A DNA stretch of 64,000 nucleotides, taken from contig OZ241907.1 in assembly GCA_965203515.1 (NCBI GenBank), forward strand, positions 480,001-544,000, in the 5' to 3' direction. Position 1 is the first letter of the stretch. Each line of letters opens with the position of its first letter. This document shows, piece by piece, positions 31,363-45,273 of the stretch. Both the position numbers and the translations under genes were made by a program. Under the pieces are notes generated by a model. That model was given only the letters and a program-made list of their open reading frames with translations, was not told the DNA's origin and searched no databases. Source of the DNA: Spirochaetia bacterium. Its GTDB lineage: Bacteria > Spirochaetota > Spirochaetia > SZUA-6 > Bin103.

Positions 31363-32255
31363 CGCGCGCCGGACTGCGGCGCTGGCAGGCGCTGGACGTG
31401 CTCAACCACCTGCTGTTGACGCTGATCGCCTTGGCCTGTATCTATCCGCTGGCGCACGTCCTGTCGATCTCCCTCAGCAGCGAGCGGGCGATCGTGCAGG
31501 GCATCACCTGGTTTCCGCGCGACGTCGATCTGATCTCCTACAAGTTCATGCTCACCCATCCCCGCATCCTCGGCGGCTACGTCAACACGATCCTGTACAC
31601 GGTCACCGGCACCGCGATCAGCGTGGCGATGACGGCGATCACCGCCTGGCCGCTGTCGAAGCGCCGGCTGTTCGGCCGCACGCCGATCACCTTCATGATG
31701 GTGCTCACCCTCTACTTCACGGGCGGCCTGATCCCGACCTATCTCCTGATCCGCGGGCTGGGGCTGCTCAACACGATGTGGGCGCTGGTCCTGCCGCCGG
31801 CGGTCGCGGTCTGGAACCTGATCATCCTGCGCACCTTCTTCCAGAACCTGCCGGAGGAGCTGGAGGAAGCGGCCTGCATCGACGGCGCGGGAGTGCTCCG
31901 CACCCTGCGCACCGTGATCCTGCCGTTGTCCAAGGCGGCGCTGGCCACCATCGGCCTGTTCTACGCGATCGGCCTCTGGAACCAGTACTTCCCGCCGCTG
32001 GTCTATCTGAGCGACATCGACAAGATGCCGCTGCAGATCATCGTGCGGGACATGGTCTTTGGGGACGTCATGCGGCAGCGGTCGATCGCCAACAACAACC
32101 CGTTCGCCGAGGAACTGCTCGACATGTCGATCATGTTGCAGCTCGAAAAGCTGAAGTGGACGGCGCTGTTCGTCTCGATCGTGCCGATGCTGCTGGTCTA
32201 TCCGTTCATACAGCGATACTTCGCCAAGGGGGTCATCATCGGAGCACTGAAATAG
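31356..32255 (+). CDS. Carbohydrate ABC permease (LplC-like)
   Basis: 'GGLIPTYL', 'ELEEAACIDGA', 'YPFIQRYFAKG'. Confidence 0.9.
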   Translation: MVARAGLRRWQALDVLNHLLLTLIALACIYPLAHVLSISLSSERAIVQGITWFPRDVDLISYKFMLTHPRILGGYVNTILYTVTGTAISVAMTAITAWPLSKRRLFGRTPITFMMVLTLYFTGGLIPTYLLIRGLGLLNTMWALVLPPAVAVWNLIILRTFFQNLPEELEEAACIDGAGVLRTLRTVILPLSKAALATIGLFYAIGLWNQYFPPLVYLSDIDKMPLQIIVRDMVFGDVMRQRSIANNNPFAEELLDMSIMLQLEKLKWTALFVSIVPMLLVYPFIQRYFAKGVIIGALK

Positions 32256-32331
32256 ACTCGAATCGACTGCCGGACGGCATTCGTTCGCGGATCGACGTTA
32301 CGATTCGCATGACCCCTCCATAGGAGCGACG

Positions 32332-33921
32332 ATGAAAACGACATTGAGACGACTGTTGCCGATCGCGGCGCTGGCGGCGCTGCTGGCGGCGCCGGCCGCC
32401 GCGCAGATCGTGACCTACACGATCGTCAGCGACAGCATCGAAAAGACCTTCCAGGAGCCGATGTTCGCCGAGCTGGAGAAGATCACCGGCGTGCGCCTGG
32501 AGCCGCGGCTGTTCCCGGAGGACGACGTTCCCCGGCACTACGCGCTGATGGCCGCCGCCGACGATCTGCCCGACCTGGCGGCCCGGCTGCCGGGCAACCT
32601 GGCGCTCCAGTTCGGCCAGGAAGGGCTGCTGATGGGGCTGCGGGGACTGGAGGGCTACCGGCCCAACTTCGTCGACACCATCGAACGGTACCAGTTCGAC
32701 TTCGACACCTTCCTGGCCCGCTACGGCACGGCGGACGGCGACTACTTCGTGTCGCCGACGCTGAGCGGCTGGTACAAGAACATCAAGGAAGCGATCATCT
32801 ACCGAAGCGACATCTTCGCCAGGGAAGGGATCGAGACGCCGGCCACCAGCGAGGAGCTCGCCGACGCGCTGATCACGCTCAAGGAGCGCTATCCGGACAG
32901 CATACCGTACATGACGTTCCGCGACTGGTGGAGGCCGTTCTACGTGATGTTCGGCGTGTACGACTATCCGCAGGGAGAGGACTACTACCACCAGACCGCC
33001 TACCGGGACGCGCTGCGCTACATCGCCGGACTGTACGCGGCCGGCGCCATCGACCAGGAGTGGCCGACCCGCCAGTACGCGGAGTGGAACAAGGCGCTCA
33101 ACGAGGAGGCGTCCACCTTCATGGAGGGCACGCACGGCTATTCCTTCCATGGCAACGCGCCGACGCTGCTCGGCATCACCAGCGATGAGCTGGCGGCGGC
33201 GGGCGCCGATCCGTTCGGGCCTCCCGGCCAGCAGGTGATGGCCAAGCTGAGCGAGCGGTTCGCGTTCATGAGCGTCCCCACGCACGCCGGCGCACGGCGC
33301 GTGAGCCCGCCGGCCAGCAACGTGTCCGGCTTCGGCATCGGCCTCAACGCCGACATCGAAATGCCTGCGGTGGCCGCGAAGTGGCTCGATTTCTTCTACT
33401 CCGAGTATGGAGCCGCATGGTCCGGTCTCGCCTCGCCCGAGGGGGTCAAGTGGGTCGACACGGCCGCCGGCGGAGACATCGCGTGGCCGGCGTTCGGCGA
33501 CGCGCAGGTCGAGCGGCGGGCGGCGACTCCGGCGGAGCTGGACGCCTCCTACAGCACGTACGAGCGGGCGTTCCTGCTGTTCCGGAAGTTCAATCACGAA
33601 TTCCCGACTCTGCCCGCGGTGATGGAACACAGCGGCAAGATCGCGGTGCGCCGCGTCGACGTCTTCGATCTGGACGACGATCAGATCGAGCGGCAGGCGA
33701 CCCTGATCGCGCAGATCGATCCGGTCGTGCAGGAGTATGAGGAACGCTTCATTCTCGGCCGACTCGACGTCGACGACGACTGGGACGACTACCTGGCCGC
33801 GCTCGACCGCGCCGGCCTGCAGGAGCTGCTGGCGCTGCGCGCCGGGACGCTGGTGCCGATGGACAGCCACATCATCGAGCCGGTACCGGACAAGTCCGGC
33901 CGCACGACCCTGGCGCCATAG
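32332..33921 (+). CDS. Extracellular solute-binding protein (LplA-like)
   Basis: AGGAG RBS, signal peptide, 'AADDLPD', 'FILGRLDVDDDWDDYL'. Confidence 0.82.
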   Translation: MKTTLRRLLPIAALAALLAAPAAAQIVTYTIVSDSIEKTFQEPMFAELEKITGVRLEPRLFPEDDVPRHYALMAAADDLPDLAARLPGNLALQFGQEGLLMGLRGLEGYRPNFVDTIERYQFDFDTFLARYGTADGDYFVSPTLSGWYKNIKEAIIYRSDIFAREGIETPATSEELADALITLKERYPDSIPYMTFRDWWRPFYVMFGVYDYPQGEDYYHQTAYRDALRYIAGLYAAGAIDQEWPTRQYAEWNKALNEEASTFMEGTHGYSFHGNAPTLLGITSDELAAAGADPFGPPGQQVMAKLSERFAFMSVPTHAGARRVSPPASNVSGFGIGLNADIEMPAVAAKWLDFFYSEYGAAWSGLASPEGVKWVDTAAGGDIAWPAFGDAQVERRAATPAELDASYSTYERAFLLFRKFNHEFPTLPAVMEHSGKIAVRRVDVFDLDDDQIERQATLIAQIDPVVQEYEERFILGRLDVDDDWDDYLAALDRAGLQELLALRAGTLVPMDSHIIEPVPDKSGRTTLAP

Positions 33922-33972
33922 CGCGCGCCGTAGAACCCTGGCGCCCGTAGCGCGCCGGTCACCACCGGGACG

Positions 33973-34005
33973 CCGATGCGGGGCGGCGCGTCCGCCCCGC
34001 ATCGG
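33973..34005. terminator. Stem-loop after the SBP gene
   Basis: CCGATGCGGGGCGG-5 nt-CCGCCCCGCATCGG, a 14-bp perfect stem. Confidence 0.5.
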
Positions 34006-34035
34006 TCGCCCGATCCCCCTGGACGGAAACAGCCC

Positions 34036-35694
34036 ATGACCCTCATCACCGACCTTTCGATCGCCCGGCCGACCGACCGCCTGATCGCCGACGACCCCAC
34101 CACGTTCGGCCCGATCTCCAGGCCGAAGCGCGGCGCATGGCGCCTGATCGACTACGAGACCGAACGGTTCAGCGGCCGGTTCCTGCAGGCGTCCGACCGG
34201 GAGGCCGCCATGTTGACGGTCCCGCTCAATTGCCGCGGCTGGCACGCGGTGTCGATCGGCATCGCCGCCACCGGCGTCAAGCAGGGGCCCGCCTCGATCG
34301 AGGTGCGGCTCGAAGGCGACGAGCACTGGCAGCACCTGCGCGCGGCCGGCTGGGCCGACTACGTCGAGGAGCCGTGGATCATCGCCGACCTGACCGGGCG
34401 GTCGCTGCAGGTCCGCTTTCCGCAGCAGGGGCATGGCCCGGTGCTGGCGCGCCTCTGCTCCGTGCGGGCCGTTCCCGTGCGCGGCGATCACGTCCGCGAG
34501 CTGCAGGCCGAGCGGCCGCGCCCGCTGATGTTCACCCACGACGGCAACATGTTCGGCGGCGCCGAGCCGGGCATCGAGGTGGTCGAGCGGGTGTTCCGGC
34601 CGTTCGCCGGCAGTCCGTGGAGCTTCGGCTGCTACGGCGTGGGCGGCGCCGACTGCGTTCACTACGACACCAAGGTGGGAACCATCATCGGCCAGGACGC
34701 CTGGGACGGCGAGGAGGGCTACCTGGGCAGCTACGACGTCGTCACCGCGATGATCGCCAAGGGCCTCGACCCGATGCAGGCGGCGATCGACAGCGCGCAC
34801 CGCATGGACCTGGCGCTGATCGCCTATCTGCGCGTGCAGCTCTGGACCTGCGAGCCGCCGCTGGACCATCAGTTCCGCTCCCGCTTCTACGCCGCGCATC
34901 CCGAGTACTGCTGCGTGGAGGCCGACGGCGCGGTCGACGCCAGCAAGCTGAGCGTGGCGTTTCCCGAGGTGCGCCGGCAGCTCAACGGCATCATGCGCGA
35001 GTGCCTGGAGCGCGGCGCCGACGGCGTGTGCCTCTGCTTTGCGCGCGGCTTTCCGCTGGTGCGCTACGAGCAACCGGTGCTGGACCGCTACCGGGAGCGC
35101 TTCGGCGGCGACGCGCGCGAGGTCGACGACCGCGACCAGCGGCTGCGCAGCGTGTGGGCGGAGATCACGACCGAGTGGATCCGGGAGATACGGGAGATGC
35201 TCGACCGGTTCGGCCCGTCGGCCCGGTACCAACGGCGCAAGCTGGCGCTGATCGCCGGCCCGGACGTGGAGTGGTGCCTGAGCTACGGGATCGACGTGGG
35301 CGCCTGGGGCCGGGCAGGGCTGGTCGACATCGTCGCGCCGTACCCGCGCGGCATCGAGCGGCGGGAGGACCTCACGGAGCTCATGATCGACGGCGTGGAG
35401 CGGTACGCGCGGGCGCTCGAAGGGACTGCCGTGGAGCTGCTGCCGTCACTCGGCAGTTTCGCCGACGGCGCCATGACGGTCCGGGAGGTGCGCGTGCGCG
35501 CCGACGGCTGCTACCGCCGGGGCGCGACCGGCCTGTGCCGCTGGGACACCGCGCACTGGCTGGTCCACCTGCAACTGGAGAGCGCCGCGGCGCAACGGCT
35601 CTGGGTCGACCACTACCTGCCCCCGGCCGACAACGCCGTGGTGTCGACCGCCGGCCTGAACCGCATCCGCTTCAACCCGCGCATCGGCGTCTGA
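34036..35694 (+). CDS. GHL10-like glycoside hydrolase-like protein with N-terminal beta domain
   Basis: 'SRFYAAHPEY', 'LSVAFPEVR', 'GADGVCLCFARG', 'GIDVGAW…GLVDIV'. Shares motifs with 10345-12096. Confidence 0.6.
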   Translation: MTLITDLSIARPTDRLIADDPTTFGPISRPKRGAWRLIDYETERFSGRFLQASDREAAMLTVPLNCRGWHAVSIGIAATGVKQGPASIEVRLEGDEHWQHLRAAGWADYVEEPWIIADLTGRSLQVRFPQQGHGPVLARLCSVRAVPVRGDHVRELQAERPRPLMFTHDGNMFGGAEPGIEVVERVFRPFAGSPWSFGCYGVGGADCVHYDTKVGTIIGQDAWDGEEGYLGSYDVVTAMIAKGLDPMQAAIDSAHRMDLALIAYLRVQLWTCEPPLDHQFRSRFYAAHPEYCCVEADGAVDASKLSVAFPEVRRQLNGIMRECLERGADGVCLCFARGFPLVRYEQPVLDRYRERFGGDAREVDDRDQRLRSVWAEITTEWIREIREMLDRFGPSARYQRRKLALIAGPDVEWCLSYGIDVGAWGRAGLVDIVAPYPRGIERREDLTELMIDGVERYARALEGTAVELLPSLGSFADGAMTVREVRVRADGCYRRGATGLCRWDTAHWLVHLQLESAAAQRLWVDHYLPPADNAVVSTAGLNRIRFNPRIGV

Positions 35695-35762
35695 ACCATC
35701 GCCGCGTGAACCATCGCCGCGTGTCGTATCCGGTGCGCCGCCATGTCGTATGATGCGCGGCG

Positions 35763-39007
<3,245 letters not shown>

Positions 39008-39011
<4 letters not shown>

Positions 39012-40120
39012 CTGCGCGCCGTCCGGCTCGGTTGCGGCGGGGTCGGGTGGAAGGCCGCCGAGCGGATGACCGCCAGGGCGGCGCCGCCGCCGGGCGCCGC
39101 GGCGGCGCGATCGAGGACGCGCTGCAGGCGTTGCGCGCCGATCTCGGCGCGCGCGTTGACGACCACGTGGAGCCGGCGGTCGCTGAGCCGGTCGACTCGG
39201 CGCAGCTCGGCGTCGATGCCCCGGTCCTGCGGTTCGTCAGCGGCGGTGTGGCTGACCTTGACGTCCTGCAGATGGTCGCGGATCAGGAACTTCACGTGAC
39301 CGATCGCGTCCGCTTCCCGGCGCACGCCGGCGATGACCGCCCGCACCAACCGGCCGGCCGCTGCGCGGGCCCCGCCGCCGGCGGCGTCGACCCGCACCTC
39401 GGCGTCGAGCCAGGCGAGCGCCGTTTCGCCGGCGCCGTAGCGGGCGTAGTCGATGCCCAGGTCGCCGGCGCCGGCGCTGGCGCCGGCGGTTGCCGGATGG
39501 CCGGCATCGCCGAGCGCGTCGACCCAGCGGACGACGCCGGCCGGCGTGCGTCCGTCCTGACACAGCACCGTCTGGCCGGGGGCGGGAATGCCGGAACCGT
39601 CTGCGGAAGCGGCCAGGCGGGGCGGATCGGCCATCAGGTCCCACTTGCTCGCCACCAGCAGCGGCGCCTCGCGGAGCTGCTCCCGGAACAGGTAGGCGAC
39701 GTTCCCGGACCACGGCAGCGGCCGGCCCGCCCGCAGCCGGGCCAGCAGCCGCGCGTCCGCCATCGCCGTGAACGACACCCGCTCGACCGGCCGGGCGGCG
39801 GAGCGGAGCAGTGGCCGCACCACCGTGGCGGCCAGATCGGCGCACGAGCCGACCGCCTCGGCGAACGCGTGCCGGGCGCCGCCGCGGCGCGTCTCGACCA
39901 GCAGGTCGACCAGCCGATCGTACCGGCAGCAGAAGCAGCCTCCGGTCACTTCACGGGTCGGAAGGGAGCCGCGCAGGAACGCCGTGTCGACCAGCAGCGC
40001 GCCCTGGTCGTTGGTGATCGCCGCCGCCTCCTCGCCGCGCTGCCGCAGCAGCGCGCACGCGCTGCGGATCGCCGTGGTCTTGCCGCTGCCCAGGAAGCCG
40101 CCGACCAAGTGCAGGATCAC
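39008..40120 (-). CDS. CobW/HypB/UreG (G3E) family GTP-binding metallochaperone-like protein
   Basis: 'GGFLGSGKTT', 'TNDQG', 'GGCFCC', 'EAVGSCADL', 'SKWD'. Confidence 0.85.
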
Positions 40121-40181
40121 GACCGGTATAGTAGCAACCCCGCGCCGTGATCCGCGGACGGCCGGATCGGTTGACCCGGAT

Positions 40182-43100
40182 ATGAAAGGCGAGTTGTTCA
40201 CCCAGTACTTTCTCACCGACGGCATCCGCGCGACCCCGGAGTGGGAGGACGCGGCGGCGAAGCTCGCCGACTTCCGACGCGGCCTGGGCGGCAGGTACGA
40301 GCGATTCGCGTCGCTCCGCCATCCCAACGAGGCGGTTACCGAGCAGGACCTGATCCGTCCGGTGCTGGAGCTGCTGGGATGGACCGACTACCTGCCGCAA
40401 CAGGGCGCCGCCGGCAACCAGGACGTGCCCGACCACCTGCTGTTCGCGGACGCCGCGTCCAAGGCGCGCGCCGCCTACCGGGACGCGCTGCTGGTCGAGG
40501 AGAGCAAGCGCTTCGGCCTGCCGCTCGACCGCCACGACCGGCATGACGGGGCGCGGAGCGGCTCGCCGCACGGGCAGATGCTGCGGTATCTGTCGGCCGC
40601 GGACATCGCTTCCGACGGCCGCATTCGGTGGGGAATACTGACCAACGGCAGCGTCTGGCGCCTCTACGACCGGCGCGCCCGCCCGCGCGCGGCCGGCTTC
40701 TTCGAGGCCGACGTCGCCGAGTCGCTCGGCAACGAAGACGCATTGCGGGTCTTCCTGCTGTTGTTCGGCCGCGAATCCTTCATCCCGCAAGGGACGGCGA
40801 CCGCCACCTTCCTCGAGTCGGCGATCGTCGAGGGCCGGCGTTACGAGGAGTCGGTCGCTCACGACCTGTCGGCCGTGGTGTTCGAGCGCGTCTTTCCGCG
40901 GCTGGTCGAAGCGATCGCCGCGGCCGCCGGGGACGGCGTCGGCCTGTCCGAAGTCCGCGCCGCGGCGCTGATCTTCCTCTACCGGCTGCTGTTCGTCCTC
41001 TACGCCGAGGATCGCGGCCTGCTGCCGGTCAACGACGCGCGCTACGACGACTACGGCCTGCGCAAGCGCGTGCGCGAGGACGTCGCGCGCCGCATGGCCG
41101 AGGGGGACGTGTTCTCCGCCACCGCGTGCCAGTACTACCACCATCTGCGCGAGCTGTTCCGCCAGATCGATCAGGGCGACCGTTCGATCGGCCTGCCGCC
41201 CGGCAACGGCGGTCTGTTCGCGGCCGATGCCGCGCCGGTCCTGGAGCGGATTCGCGTGCCGGACGCCGTGATCGCGGAGGTCATCTACGATCTCAGCCAT
41301 ACGACGGCGGGTCAGGAAGCCGGCGGCGGGCGCCGCTTCGTCAACTACCGCGACCTGTCGGTGCAGCAGCTCGGTTCCATCTACGAGCGCCTGCTCGAAC
41401 GGGAACCGGCGCGCAGCCCGGACGGCGGCGTGGTGATCCGCCTCGATTCCTATGCCCGCAAGGACTCCGGCAGCTTCTATACGCCGCAGGATCTGGTCGA
41501 CCTGATCGTGGATCGGACCCTGAAGCCGCTGGTGGAGCACGGTCGCAGGGCGTTCGAGGACTTGGCGCGCACGCTCGGCGGCGATCGCCGCCCCAAGTCG
41601 GAGCGGCGGGCGGTACTGTCGCGCCGGGATCCGGCGGAAGCGGTCCTGCAGCTCAAGGTCCTGGATCCGGCGATGGGAGACGGCCACTTCCTGGTGACCG
41701 CGGTCGACGTGCTGGCCGACTCCATCGCGGAACTGATCGAGTACGCGCCCGGCGTGCCGGCGTGGCTGGACGGAGACTACGAGTCGCCGCTCGTGGGGCG
41801 GATCGCCGCGATACGGGACGGCATCCTCCGCCGCGCGCGGGAGTCCGGCTGGACCATCGACGCGGCGCAGCTCACCGACCCGGCGATCATCCGGCGCCTG
41901 GTGCTCAAGCGCTGCATCTACGGCGTCGACAAGAACCCGCTGACCGTGGAGCTGGCCAAGGTCTCGCTCTGGCTGCACAGCTTCACGGCCGGCGCGCCGC
42001 TGTCGTTCCTGGACCATCACCTGCGGTGCGGCGATTCGCTGGTCGGCCTCCGCGTGCGGGATGCGGTGCGGGAGCTGGGCCGGTTCGGCGGGCTGTTCGC
42101 CGGCTCGGCCGTGACCGGCGCGGAGCTGGCCGCGGACGGGATGGAGCACATCGAGGAGATGTCCGACGCGGACGTGGCGGAGGTGCACGAATCGGCCGAG
42201 GTGTTTCGGGGCGTCGAGGCGAGGACGGCCGATCTGCGGGGTCTGCTCGACCGTCTGTGCGGGTTGCGGTGGATGACCGCCGGCATGAAGGAGGCGGCGC
42301 GGCGGGCATTCGAGCTGCCGCTGGAGGAGACGTTGAGCCAGCGGCCGACCGACGCCTACCGGATTCTGGCGCGCGGGCCGGAATCGGTGCCCGACGGCGC
42401 GCCGGCACTCGGCGGCGGGCCGGCGGCCGGCGGCGGCGCACCGGGCGGCGGGGAACTGGGCGGCGCGGCCCACATGCTGAGGGAAGCCGCCGCCCTTGCC
42501 CGGCGCGAGCGTTTCTTTCACTGGGAGGCGGCCTTCCCCGGCGTGTGGCGGGAGTGGCAGAATGAGCGGCCGGAGGGCGGCTTCGACGCCGTGATCGGCA
42601 ACCCGCCGTGGGACCGCATCAAGCTGCAGGAGGTCGAGTGGTTCGCCACCCGCGCGCCGGAGATCGCGCGCGCCCCGACCGCGGCCGCGCGGCGGGCGGC
42701 GATCCGGCGGCTGCGGGAGCGGGGCGCACCGCTGGCCGCGGCCTTCGATGTGGCCAAGGAACGCGCCGACCAGCTCGCCCACATGGTGCGCGCGTCCGGC
42801 AGCTACCCGCTGCTCGGCGGCGGCGACGTCAACCTCTACTCGCTGTTCGTGGAGCGCGCCATGAGCCTGGTCAAACCGGGCGGGCTGGTGGGACTGCTCA
42901 CCCCGTCCGGCATCTACGCCGACAAGACCGCCGCCCGGTTCTTCAAAGGGCTCTCTACCGCGGGACGAATCGGCGGCCTGTTCGACTTCGAGAACCGGCG
43001 CCCGGGCACCGGGCAACCGCCGTTCTTTCCGGACGTCCACTCGCGGTTCAAGTTCTGCGCGCTGATCTTCGGCGGTGAAGGACGGCGCTTTGAACAGACC

Positions 43101-44264
43101 CGGTGCGCCTTCTTCCTGCACGACACCCGCTCGGTCGACGACCCGGAGCGCTGCTTCCCGCTGGCGCCGGACGACTTTGCCCGCGTCAATCCCAACACCG
43201 GCACCGCGCCGGTGTTTCGCACCCGCCGCGCCGCCGACCTCACCCGCGGTATCTACCAACGCCATCCGGTGCTAGTCGACCGCTCCGGCGCGGAGGAACG
43301 CCGCGCCTGGCCGGTCCGCTACCACCGCATGTTCGACATGACCAACGACTCCGGTCTGTTCCGCACCGCCGCGCAGCTCGACGCCGACGGGTTCTACCGG
43401 ATCGCCGGCAACCGGTGGAAGCGGGGAGCCGAGCTCTGCCTGCCGCTGTACGAGGGCAAGATGGTGCAGGCGTTCGACCACCGCGCCGCCAGCGTCGTCG
43501 TAAACCCGGACAACCTGAACCGGCCGGCGCAGCCCCGGGAAGCCGCGCCGGACCAACACGCCGATCCGCACTGGCTGCCGGACCCGCAGTTCTGGGTACC
43601 TGCCGATGCATGCCGGTGGGACTGGCCGCTGGAGTGGGTCGTCGGATTCAAGGAGATAACCGCTCCCACCAACCACCGCACCGTGATCGGCTCGGTCTTC
43701 CCGCAGGCGGCGTTCGGCAACAAGACCCCCATATTCCTGCCGATGGCGGGCGCCGCTGTCGAGATGACGGACGCCTACAAAGCATCCGCCCCATTGCTGG
43801 TCGCCAATCTGAATGCGATGGCGTTCGATTTCGTCGCCCGGCAGAAGGTGCACGGCCAGACCCTCAATCTGTTCATCGTCGAGCAACTGCCGGTCATCGC
43901 GCCCGCCGATTACGACCGGCGCTTCGGCGCCGCGACCGCGCGCGATCTGGTGCGCGACCACGTCCTGCGCCTCACCTATACCGCCCACGACCTGGCGCCC
44001 TTCGCCCGCGACCTCGGCTGCGGCGGCGCGCCGTTCCCCTGGGACCCGGAGCAGCGCCGCCACCTGCGCGCCCGCCTCGACGCCCTCTACTTCCACCTCT
44101 ACGGCCTGTCCCGCGAGGACGCCGCCTACGTCCTCGACACCTTCCCGATCGTCCGCCGCCAGGATGAGGCCGCATGCGGCCGCTACCGCACCCGCGACCT
44201 CATCCTCGCCTACATGAACGCCCTCGCCGCCGGCGACACCACGACCGACGTCACGCCGCGCTAG
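40182..44264 (+). CDS. Type IIG (Eco57I/DrmMI-like) fused restriction endonuclease / N6-adenine methyltransferase
   Basis: N-terminal PD…ESK nuclease and 'WGILTNG..WRLY'. MTase motifs 'GSIYERLL', 'GSFYTP', 'VLDPAMGDGHFL', 'IYGVDKNP', 'FDAVIGNPPW'. C-terminal TRD. Confidence 0.9.
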   Translation: MKGELFTQYFLTDGIRATPEWEDAAAKLADFRRGLGGRYERFASLRHPNEAVTEQDLIRPVLELLGWTDYLPQQGAAGNQDVPDHLLFADAASKARAAYRDALLVEESKRFGLPLDRHDRHDGARSGSPHGQMLRYLSAADIASDGRIRWGILTNGSVWRLYDRRARPRAAGFFEADVAESLGNEDALRVFLLLFGRESFIPQGTATATFLESAIVEGRRYEESVAHDLSAVVFERVFPRLVEAIAAAAGDGVGLSEVRAAALIFLYRLLFVLYAEDRGLLPVNDARYDDYGLRKRVREDVARRMAEGDVFSATACQYYHHLRELFRQIDQGDRSIGLPPGNGGLFAADAAPVLERIRVPDAVIAEVIYDLSHTTAGQEAGGGRRFVNYRDLSVQQLGSIYERLLEREPARSPDGGVVIRLDSYARKDSGSFYTPQDLVDLIVDRTLKPLVEHGRRAFEDLARTLGGDRRPKSERRAVLSRRDPAEAVLQLKVLDPAMGDGHFLVTAVDVLADSIAELIEYAPGVPAWLDGDYESPLVGRIAAIRDGILRRARESGWTIDAAQLTDPAIIRRLVLKRCIYGVDKNPLTVELAKVSLWLHSFTAGAPLSFLDHHLRCGDSLVGLRVRDAVRELGRFGGLFAGSAVTGAELAADGMEHIEEMSDADVAEVHESAEVFRGVEARTADLRGLLDRLCGLRWMTAGMKEAARRAFELPLEETLSQRPTDAYRILARGPESVPDGAPALGGGPAAGGGAPGGGELGGAAHMLREAAALARRERFFHWEAAFPGVWREWQNERPEGGFDAVIGNPPWDRIKLQEVEWFATRAPEIARAPTAAARRAAIRRLRERGAPLAAAFDVAKERADQLAHMVRASGSYPLLGGGDVNLYSLFVERAMSLVKPGGLVGLLTPSGIYADKTAARFFKGLSTAGRIGGLFDFENRRPGTGQPPFFPDVHSRFKFCALIFGGEGRRFEQTRCAFFLHDTRSVDDPERCFPLAPDDFARVNPNTGTAPVFRTRRAADLTRGIYQRHPVLVDRSGAEERRAWPVRYHRMFDMTNDSGLFRTAAQLDADGFYRIAGNRWKRGAELCLPLYEGKMVQAFDHRAASVVVNPDNLNRPAQPREAAPDQHADPHWLPDPQFWVPADACRWDWPLEWVVGFKEITAPTNHRTVIGSVFPQAAFGNKTPIFLPMAGAAVEMTDAYKASAPLLVANLNAMAFDFVARQKVHGQTLNLFIVEQLPVIAPADYDRRFGAATARDLVRDHVLRLTYTAHDLAPFARDLGCGGAPFPWDPEQRRHLRARLDALYFHLYGLSREDAAYVLDTFPIVRRQDEAACGRYRTRDLILAYMNALAAGDTTTDVTPR

Positions 44265-44279
44265 CCGTTGGCTTCCAGC
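44177..44279 (+). repeat. RM-gene 3' end, copy 1 (parent)
   Basis: CGGCCGCTACCGCACCCGCGACCTCATCCTCGCCTACATGAACGCCCTCGCCGCCGGCGACACC…GACGTCACGCCGCGCTAGCC recurs at 46978 and 47665. Confidence 0.9.
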
Positions 44280-44318
44280 ACGATCGTCGGCGCGAAGGGA
44301 GCGAGCGACAGACGGGCT

Positions 44319-44348
44319 TTGACAAACGTGCGTCCGTGCAATCATAAT
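44319..44348 (+). promoter_or_regulatory. Sigma70-type promoter of the SIR2 gene
   Basis: TTGACA-18 nt-CATAAT. Confidence 0.55.
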
Positions 44349-44359
44349 AATGCACAAGG

Positions 44360-45188
44360 ATGGCCGGGACACTAAGCTTTTCTAACGACGGCCCTGATTT
44401 CCCGGGTGACTTCGTCGACTCTCTGCTCGCCGGAGACGTGATCTTTCTATGTGGCATTGGGATGAGTGCGCCGCAGATGCCCGGCTTTCAACGGCTGGTT
44501 GAGGACACCTACTCGAAGATAGTGGTCGACATGACAGACTCGGAAAAACGTTCGTTCGACCAGGGGCGCTTCGAGGAGGTGTTAGGCTCTCTCAGTCGCC
44601 GGTTGTCTGACCCAGACGCTGTCACGAACACTGTTTCGGCTCTACTTGCAGTGCCCGGCGACCCTGAACTCGACCAACATCGTACGATCCTTCGTCTGTC
44701 CCGTGATCTGAATAACCGGGTTTCAGTGGTGACAACGAATTTCGACACGCTGTTGGAACGGGCGGTAGCGAAATTCACAGGCGAAGATATAACCAGCTTT
44801 GCCGGTCAGTCGATTCCTGCACCGGGAAGCTCGGCTTTCTCGGGAATCATCCATATTCACGGTCGTCTCGCCGACAAAACTATCGGACTTGAGTCTACGC
44901 CCTTGGTACTTTCCAGCGCTGACTATGGCGACGCCTACATGCGATCTGGCTGGGTATCGCGCTTCCTCTTCGATCTTGCGCGGTGCAAGACGATTGTACT
45001 CGTGGGCTACAGTGCGAGTGATGCTCCGGTTCGCTATTTCCTCAATGTGCTTGAAGCCGACCGCATACGCTTTCCGGACCTCAAGCCCGTGTATGCATTT
45101 GACGCATACGAAACATGATCCTGAAGAAGCGTCCACGGCATGGGGCACGCTTGCCGTGACGCCACTGCCCTACCGTAAGGCGAGTTCC
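44360..45188 (+). pseudogene. SIR2-family (Dsr1-like defence sirtuin) N-terminal fragment, frameshifted and truncated
   Basis: 'VIFLCGIGMS', 'VTTNFDTLLE', 'HIHG', 'LVLSSADYGDAY', 'VLVGYSASD'. Stops at 45118 but coding-like sequence continues in another frame (HDPEEASTAWGTLAVTPLPYRK) until a repeat at 45189. Lower GC. Confidence 0.75.
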
Positions 45189-45259
45189 CACGAATGCCGC
45201 GGCTGATCCATGCCCGTATGTAGCACGCTGTCCCGGCAGGTTCCATGATTCACCCGCGC
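45189..45259. repeat. About 70-bp imperfect copy of 47461-47530 (promoter and 5' end of the small gene)
   Basis: CACGAATGCCGCGGCTGATC…TGTAGCA.GCTGTCCCGGCAGG…CCATG..TCACCCGCGC is present in both places. Confidence 0.85.
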
Positions 45260-45273
45260 AGGCTTGACGGCGG

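Noticed and set aside
40182..44264. DISARM or BREX system
   Set aside because: The MTase resembles DrmMI-like proteins, but no helicase, DUF1998, PglZ or BrxC genes are present in the window.
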